DNA of 64,000 nt from assembly GCA_037447605.1 (NCBI GenBank), contig CM074823.1, forward strand, positions 124,001-188,000. The letters are read 5' to 3'. The notes under the pieces were generated by a model. The model was given only the letters and a program-made list of their open reading frames with translations, did not search any database and was not told the origin of the DNA. A program made the position numbers and the translations under genes. The DNA comes from Zygnema circumcarinatum SAG 698-1b. Taxonomy: Eukaryota; Plantae; Zygnematophyceae. Shown piece after piece: positions 56,901-64,000 of this stretch (its first letter is position 1; each line of letters starts with the position of its first letter).

Positions 56901-59900
56901 GGAGAGTGGGTGCGTAACAAGTGCATGGCGACACCTCGAATGCATCCCCGGCATTCGGGTCCATGTAAAGGGACAATCTAACGTGTCAAATTAGTCAAGG
57001 AGTAACCAACTTACTAAACCCTTGGAAGAACTTACGAAAATAATACGCAAAGCCCTGAAAGGACCTCAACTAATGCAAGACAGTCGGTGGTGCCCAAGTT
57101 TCTACCGCGGAAACTTTGGCAGGATCAGGTCGAAGACCCTGATCATTGAGAATATGCCCAAGATAAAGCAACTCGCGCTGCATGAAGTGACACTTCCTTC
57201 TCGCATAAACCGTGTTTCCTCGTGGTCTCAAACACCTCTTCAACGTTCAAGATGTTCCTCCGCCCATCAAGACAAGGATATCATCGCAGGTAAACTGTAA
57301 CAAACTCGCCCATGCCGGCGAACATCTCGTTCATGACCGCCTGGAAAGTCGCCGGAGCATTAGTCAATCCAAAGGGCAACACCTTATATTGGAAATGACC
57401 AATCGGTGTCCGAACGTAGTTTTGGCACACGCTCGACGGACCGATGATACCCCAGCAAGATCAAGTGATGTGAACACCTTGCGCCGCGGAAGACGACCAA
57501 TGATCATCGCATACGCGGTAAAGCAAATCGACTTTACTTGATATCTGTTGGAGTGCACTATAATCAACGCATATCCTCAACGAGCCATCTTTCTTTCCAA
57601 CAAACAAGATGGGCGCCCCAAAAGGGCTTTGGCTGGGTTCTATCCAGCCCTTGTCACAAAAAAGTTGCCAATTGCTTACGCATCTCCTCGGTTTCTTTTG
57701 GGCTTAACCGATAAATCGGCCGCCAAGGCGGCTTTTGCTCAGGCTCAAGCGGGATTGTGTGCCCCACACCTCTCGATGGTGGCAACCCTCTTGGAAGGTC
57801 ATCGTGGAAGACATCCTCAATTCATCCAACAGTAGGTTGATTCGATGAACACCGAGAGCTACCATCCGGATGTGATCTCGCCAGTTCGATCTTCGTCATG
57901 AACATCCTCAGTGGTTGCCATGACATGCACCATGAACAGCAGGCATCCTCCTAACGCTTTCACAATTGCATAAATTTGTTAATGCATAAGGAGTATGTAG
58001 TCGCTTGACAAATAGGAGGATGTGGCTCAGCTGTAAGTGTGGTGTTCGCCCCCGCCACCAAGCAGTGTAATGCAATGTGGGACAAAAAGTCCATTTGTGT
58101 CTTGACCATGGTTAACCGGCACTCTCAAAATAACATCAGCTTCCAGCCGCTTGTGTTGAAGACACCGGACGCCCGAGTAGTGATCGAGCTGATCTTTGAG
58201 CGACGCTACCGTGAGATTCGTCTTTGCGGCCCATCCCCTCAGTGAACACCTTCCTCAACGGGATCTCGCGGTCAACTTAAACCTTCGGTGAACGCAGTAA
58301 CTAACAAAGCAAGATCGCCTAAAGTATCGCAGCGTAAGAACTGCTGGGTGGCCATTTGCCGAATCTCGGTCAAGGCCGCGGCACGATGTAAGGTGGAACA
58401 TAGATCGCACTATATGGCGTCGAGACGGCCGCCCTCCACACCAATGCGTAGGGTGAGCCAAATCCGTAAAGAAAGCCGGTGGATCTCTTCCATCTTCGCA
58501 GACCAACGCGGTGCCCTTCTCAATCAGGTCACCAACCGCCAAGTATACCGAAAGGTGCGAATCAAGATGCGGCCGGTGAACCAACATTACGTACTGGCAA
58601 GGATACGGAGGCGTTTTCCCATGACATGCAAAACATCCATGGCACATTGTATGAGAACATCATCGCCCATGACATTGAGGATAAAGACATGCCAATCACC
58701 ATTCATCACTACATCCATAAACCCAAAAGGAGGTATAGTGGCAGGGGAGAGGGAAATGGAAACAGGGAGAGCATCGCACACAAAGAGATCGTGCATTCCC
58801 AAAGGCCTGCCAACCAATTTAAGAATGTCCGAGGTTCTAAGAAACAAATGTCCCCTAGACCTGGCAGCAGTCTCCATCCCTCCCCCTAACCTAGCATGTC
58901 CACCAGCAACGACTCCTAAGCTGCTGGTGGGTTGGGGTTTTCCGGCCCCTTGCCCTTCCTGTCCTTGGTGCTCAGAGGGCAATCCCGGGCCTTGTGCCCC
59001 TCCTTGCGGCAGCGGAAACACTTGTTCTCCCGCCGCATCTCCATTTCCTCGAGTCAACTCTCAAGGCCAAGGCATATGGGCGGCAAACCACTTCCGCCGC
59101 TCGGGCTATGTTCTTTCCCCGCCATTTTGTCGGTGGGTCCCGCCTTCCACGACCTCGTCACGTCGCCCGACCTCCGCGGGGTCGGGAAGGGCCCGCGATC
59201 GTCATGGTGGGCGGTGTCCAACTGAATGGTCGCGACCAAAGTACGCCTCGAAGTCACGGGGTCCTACTTGCCAGAGTCCGCGGGTTAGTTCAGAGTCGCT
59301 CTTTGTGTGCTTCAAGCCATTCCCGGCGGAAAAGAACTCAGCCTCGCTCCGTGCTTGTGAGTGGGTGACTGGTAACCACTGCCGCAGTCTCGCAGAAATC
59401 GCTTTGACACTCACGCTTGGACCATATGTTCAAATTTATCCCGGCCTCCAAGCCGGATCCAAGGCCCTTAAAGTGTTTGATAAGTTCATCTCTCTCAACT
59501 TCTATCCCAATCGCCCCACTATCCGGAGAGGCCCTCATACAATACCTGTGATGCGTTCCTTCTCAGCGGCCGGGTAAGCAAAGCTTACTCCACCGGAGCT
59601 GGGGATGCTTGGTCGTGAAGGTACTGCTTGACTCCAAATCCACCGCTCAATCGAGCGCCCGCGGGTAGGGATGTTCGCCTCAAAGGAAAGAGGGGCTACC
59701 TTGGCCCGATTCCGCTGGGCATCCTCGCGAGGGTTATGGGAGCAACCGAGGATCGGATCTTCCTCCCGGCCGCCAGCCGCCGACTACGGGGTTCCTCATC
59801 GCCAAGGAAACCGCCACCCTCGGCAGGACTTCCCCGTGGAAAGCCAACCGGATTCTCGCTGCCGCCCGGCACGGCCAAGGTTTCCGGGATGTACGACGCC

Positions 59901-61186
59901 ACGGAGTGGTTTGCCTAACCCTTCCCGTGACCGTGATCCACGCTTCTGGCTGTACCAGGGGGTTCGGCATACCTTCCTCGACCCCGGAGCTCGGGCCCTC
60001 GGAAGGCCCGGAATCTATTTGGAGTGCGTGTTCACCAGCGGCGACTGCGGAGCTCCATGTCGCCCACCGCCGTATGTGCCATGGTGGCTACGCTTTACAT
60101 CCGCTTCCCGCCGGCCGATCCTCTTCTTCATCTTCGCGAGACGCTTCATCAGTGATGTGGGCCCCCATCATGGGACGGCGTGATTCCGCCGGGATGCGCC
60201 CGTGCGGACGCGAGGGGCGTGGGTGTTACCACCGGATGACCTTCTCAAGCCCGGACCGGGCCCTCCATGCGGGACTCCGCCGCAGCCCCTCGAAGTTCTC
60301 CTCCATCACCTCGTCCCGGGGGACAGGTGGTGGAGGTGGCGGCCCCGAGGGCCCCGGGTCCCCTCCGGCCCGGCGAGTGGTCACCATGACCCGCAGGTTC
60401 TCTGTCAAAGAGAAGGCCGCAACGCGCTCGATACTCAATGTAACAATCAAAACGCCTCTTCGGGCCTCGCTACGTAATCACACAATCAAAGACTCGAAGC
60501 CCGCCGGTAGAGGCGTGCGCGGAGAGAGAGAGAGCTTCGTGAGGTGGTGGCGCGTGCTCGGTGCCGGGTGCAACCGGTCGCCGCAGACGTTGTTGAGTGA
60601 CGGCCACCGCCTTTACGCCCCCCGCCAACCTCCTACCAAAGATGGAGGATCGAAGTGTATCGCCCAATGGCCGATCACACGTAGTTCCTCCTCTCAATTC
60701 GAACGGGTCGAGGTGTAATAACGCATCTAACGCTCATCACCGCGATCACAGCGGCCGCGACGCGCGGCTACGCCAGCCAGACGCCGTAATCATCGGCCGG
60801 ATCCTACGCGCTGGGTTTCGACAGTACTGGCCCTCGGTACTTTTCACCCGTACCGTGAATTGTAACGGACGAACGGGCGACTCAACAGGGGATCTCGCCG
60901 CCCAGATTCAATCAGCGGACCGATTGGTCCCTGTAGCCGAGAACTCCCCAATCCTCCCTAAGTCGGTGAGGGACTCGCCGCCGCGCTGGGCGCACTGACC
61001 ATGCGGTGCCTCCCACGTATGCAACCGGGGCCTACTTCTGCCTCGGAACCCGTGACCTCCGCGGGTCCTATATATAGGGTATCCCATGCCCTAACCGGCA
61101 GGGTACCGCGATTGGATGGAAACATAAAGCCACGCCGGGCCCTAAGTAACCCTTCCCCCTTGGGGTGACTGTAGCGTTTCGCTACA
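53989..61186 (-). mobile_element. Full-length but heavily frameshifted chromovirus (Ty3/gypsy with chromodomain), element B, nested in element A
   Basis: LTRs ~53989-54719 and ~60439-61186 share AATCAAAA(A)CGCCT, GGGTCGAGGTGTA and GGAAACATAAAGCCACGCC, and both end GCTACA. PPT GAGGGGAGTAA abuts 54719. There is a degenerate PBS (TGAGTATCGAGC) next to 60439 and a candidate TSD CATTC at 53984-53988 and 61187-61191. Minus-strand domains: CFRCRKEGHKARDC (~59020), decayed DTG protease (~58580), [25 protein letters not shown] (~57600), integrase H-H region (~56200), chromodomain. Confidence 0.88.
54966..55214 (-). pseudogene. Element B integrase C-terminus and chromodomain
   Basis: MKVHPVFHVGLLK...EYEVETIQAHR...EYLVKWLGYGVEHSTWEAE. 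Confidence 0.9.
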
Positions 61187-61392
61187 CATTCACAATTACG
61201 CCAAGTGCTGCGCCGAAATCATCTAGTTTTCGCACGACATTCACTCGACATTGGCAAGACCCACCTCGATAGAAAGCACCACATCGACATACGGGGATGC
61301 ACCTCCCGCGGATGACCATGACCTCACCGCTCCGCCGCCAAGAGCTAATGTCGAATCCACGTGATCGATGAGAACGCTGGGTCACGGGCTCG

Positions 61393-62313
61393 ATGGAACC
61401 CGAGAGGGCCTCAGCCACCGCTCGCCCCCAAAGTCGATGGCACACACCACGCCGCGGGAGACTATCTAAACCTAATGCCATAACGAAGTGGGATCCCTAT
61501 ACATTACCGGATGTGGACCTGATTCTCCACGGCGTCTCCCCTGATGACCGGTGGTTCTCGGCACTTGACATGCAGAAATCCTTCTGGCAGATCCCCCTGC
61601 GACAGGCCGATCGCTGCAAGACCGGGCTTCGCACAGCCACGCGCTTCGTGCAGTGGACGGTGCTTCCCTTTGGGCTCAAGAATTCCAGCCAGACTCACCA
61701 GCGCCTAGCCAACCAGGTGTTCGGCCCCTGTCGTGTCTTCTGCGAACCTTACGTGGATGATGCTTCGATCCACAGCAAGGACTGGTCCTCCCACCTGCAA
61801 CACATTGACCAAGTCCTGCAACAGCTCATCAGTGCGCGTCTGAAGATTGCACCCAAGAAGTGCAAATGGGGCCACCAGGAGATCACTCATCTCGGGCACC
61901 GCCTCGGCATCAATGGCCTGAAACCATCACTCGACAAAATTGAAGCAATTGACCTTATGCCCATTCCACAGAATCTCACTCAGCTCAAGTCTTTCTTGGG
62001 ACTCACCTCCTTCTATCGCCGGTTCATTAAGGGCTATGCCCTTATCGCGCGTCCCCTACATGCCTTGGAGAAGCACGGAGTCCACTACGAATGGAGCCGA
62101 GCGCAGGATCTGGCCTTCCAGGCGCTCAAGAGTGCCCTCCTTCAGGCTCCCTGTCTGCATCAATTCGACCCCACCCTGCCCACCATTATTGACGCTGACT
62201 GGAGTCAGACAGGCTTTGGGGCAGTGGCCAGTCAAGCATTCTCGGATGGGGAACACCCTACCAGCTATGCGTTGGGGTTTGTTCGGGGAATTGAGACTCA
62301 AGTACTCTACTGA
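61393..62313 (+). pseudogene. pol: Element A reverse transcriptase and start of RNase H (flanks frameshifted)
   Basis: FSALDMQKSFWQIP, LPFGLKNS, YVDD, LKIAPKKC, LKSFLGLTSFYRRFIKGYALIARPL, DADWSQTGFGAV. Confidence 0.92.
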
Positions 62314-62427
62314 GGGTGAGGCCAGCGGCTATCCTCCTCGGCACCTCGAGGTTCAAGCTCTTTTCACTACTTACCAGCCCATATTATTATCATCCGGATC
62401 ACCACATGCCCCTCACCGCCGCACATC

Positions 62428-63900
62428 ATGGCTACCCTACGCCCTAAGTTTGCACGATGGGTGATGAAGTTGGAGGAGTATAATGTACTTAAGGTCACTC
62501 ACCGTCCCGGCCGTAGTCACGGCAATGCTGACGGCCTCAGTCGCAATCCTTCGGCTCCCCTCCTCTGTCACGATCCGGCCGTTCCTGAACCCATCCCTCC
62601 ACCCACCCTCTTGAACCCTGAGCATCTTCCCATTGAGATTTTTATTGCCGATCAAGACCTGCATGATGTCATATTCGCAGATGGGCTGATCGATATTCCG
62701 GCCACGGCCACCACCCTCCATCGCTGGCAGGACTCTGACTTCACCCACGGCCATCCTCACGCGGATCCTTGGGAGCTCCTCATGGATGACGATGGCGAAG
62801 CTCCCTTTCTTCCTCCCCATTTCCCCAGCGCCAATGACGTCCATTCAGACTCCTCCCTTCTGCGCTACGTCATGACCCGCACATTACCCCCCTTTATCAC
62901 GGACACCGAGAGGGCTCGGCTGCTCCGCCGCGCTCGGCACTTCTCTGTTGATGATGACGGACAGATTCTGTACCTCCCCTCTGGCCTTCCTGTTCCTTTC
63001 CCCAATGAACGCATGGAGATTCCGGATGTTGCCTATCTACTCCCAGCCCGCCGGATTCCACCTGGCTGTAGCTGATGGTCGCCTCGCCGCAGAGCGCTTG
63101 GCTATTGGCCCGCCTATGGCGAGCCGCTACATCAAACTCCCCGCACTCCGCCAACGCTGCAAACGCTTCCCCGCCTCCCACCGCCAACCCCCGAGATGGG
63201 TGAGATCCCCATACGAGGCGTCGCCGAGATTGGAACATTGACACCTTTTCTATCCCCCAGCTCGGCACCCCCTCTGGCTACATTCGAGTCTTCCTAGCCG
63301 TGGACAGATACACCAAGTGGGTGGAAGTTCATACGACAGAATCTAAGCATTCCATCCACTCTGCTCGCCTCCTGACGGCCATCATTCACCGCCACTCTCT
63401 ACCCTACTCTGTCCACTCTGACAATGGCACCGAATACAAGGGGGCATTTGCCAAGCTCATGTGACTTCCCGTGACACCACCATAATTCCCTAGCCCCTAC
63501 TCCCTCGGGTGCACGGGCTTGCACGCTCATACACGTCAAGGATGTGTATGCTCGCGGCCAGGCGGAGCCGGGAGGCGGATCGGGTGCAGGTCATCCCTCC
63601 CTGGTCTTCACGTACAACACCTCTGTTCACTCCTCCACTGGCTTCTCTCCCTACGAGCTCCTCTATGGCCGTAAGCCCCGCATTCCCCTTGACCTCCTCT
63701 CTGCTGAGCCCCTCTTCCACGATGACGCGCCTCCCCCGGATCGGGTCGCCCAGCTTCAGCTCCTGGCCCTCCGCTTCCAAACCCTAGATTCCATGGCCTC
63801 CCACCACTGAACGCTGCTGCAATGCATAACTCACCGACTTTGGAGGCGTTAGCGCCGACACGCCTCCCCGCCCCAATCATCAGGTCAGCCACGCTAGCTC
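62428..63900 (+). pseudogene. Element A RNase H tail and fragmented integrase
   Basis: FARWVMKLEEYNVLKVTHRPGRSHGNADGLSR, then fragments DNGTEYKG (~63420) and YNTSVHSSTGFSPYELLYGRKPRIPLD (~63610). Confidence 0.85.
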
Positions 63901-64000
63901 ATTTGCCTGTGAATCTCGCCAAACCACCAACGGGTTTTCCGGTTGGGCCCTTCATTTGTGCCGTCCGCCGGAGATCCCACGATGGGCCATCATTTCGGAA

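Larger units (their letters stand above)
49737..64000 (+). mobile_element. Ty3/gypsy LTR retrotransposon A (5' LTR, PBS, gag, zinc knuckle, protease, RT, RNase H, integrase), interrupted by element B; 3' end lies beyond the window
   Basis: Probable 5' LTR ~49737-50690 (TGATA...TATC; the left edge could be TGTCA at 49755), perfect tRNA-iMet PBS at 50692-50703, then domains in gypsy order. Confidence 0.9.

Noticed and set aside
58288-60718. Plus-strand ORFs of 429 and 270 aa
   Set aside because: Antisense to element B gag and protease in GC-rich sequence, with no recognisable motifs.
53989-61186. Element B as a DIRS/tyrosine-recombinase element
   Set aside because: The repeats are direct LTRs with a PPT, a PBS-like site and a DDE integrase plus chromodomain. 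No recombinase motif was seen.

Overview
This is eukaryotic nuclear DNA from a streptophyte plant lineage, probably a charophyte-type green alga. That placement is inferred from RAY1, a 12-exon EXO70A, GCR1 and a chromovirus. The assembly is draft quality, with fifteen 10-N gaps, mostly in low-complexity tracts. Splicing exons by hand (GT/GC-AG sites with consistent phases) gives seven well-supported genes. PUS7/TruD (minus strand, runs off the window start). A RAY1-like GT77 arabinosyltransferase (minus). EXO70A (plus; exons 1-2 appear twice across a gap). A ~1016-aa protein joining an acidic disordered region, a PTM/DIR17-type Tudor domain and a complete RCC1-like propeller (minus, 12 exons). 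A 99-aa three-exon protein (minus). GCR1 (minus; the TM5 exon is missing at a gap). An intronless 1468-aa O-fucosyltransferase-like protein with a long Thr-Gly repeat tail (minus). There is also a low-confidence small gene ending in a CaaX motif (G-gamma-like). Introns and spacers are filled with (CT)n/(GA)n tracts, telomere-variant arrays, minisatellites and long-TIR non-autonomous DNA transposons, one with a clean 9-bp TSD. The last ~14 kb is a Ty3/gypsy element carrying a full-length, heavily frameshifted chromovirus nested in the opposite orientation. Most ORFs in the supplied track are by-products of microsatellites. I found no rRNA, tRNA or CRISPR array. All family assignments rest on motif recognition from memory, not on database searches.
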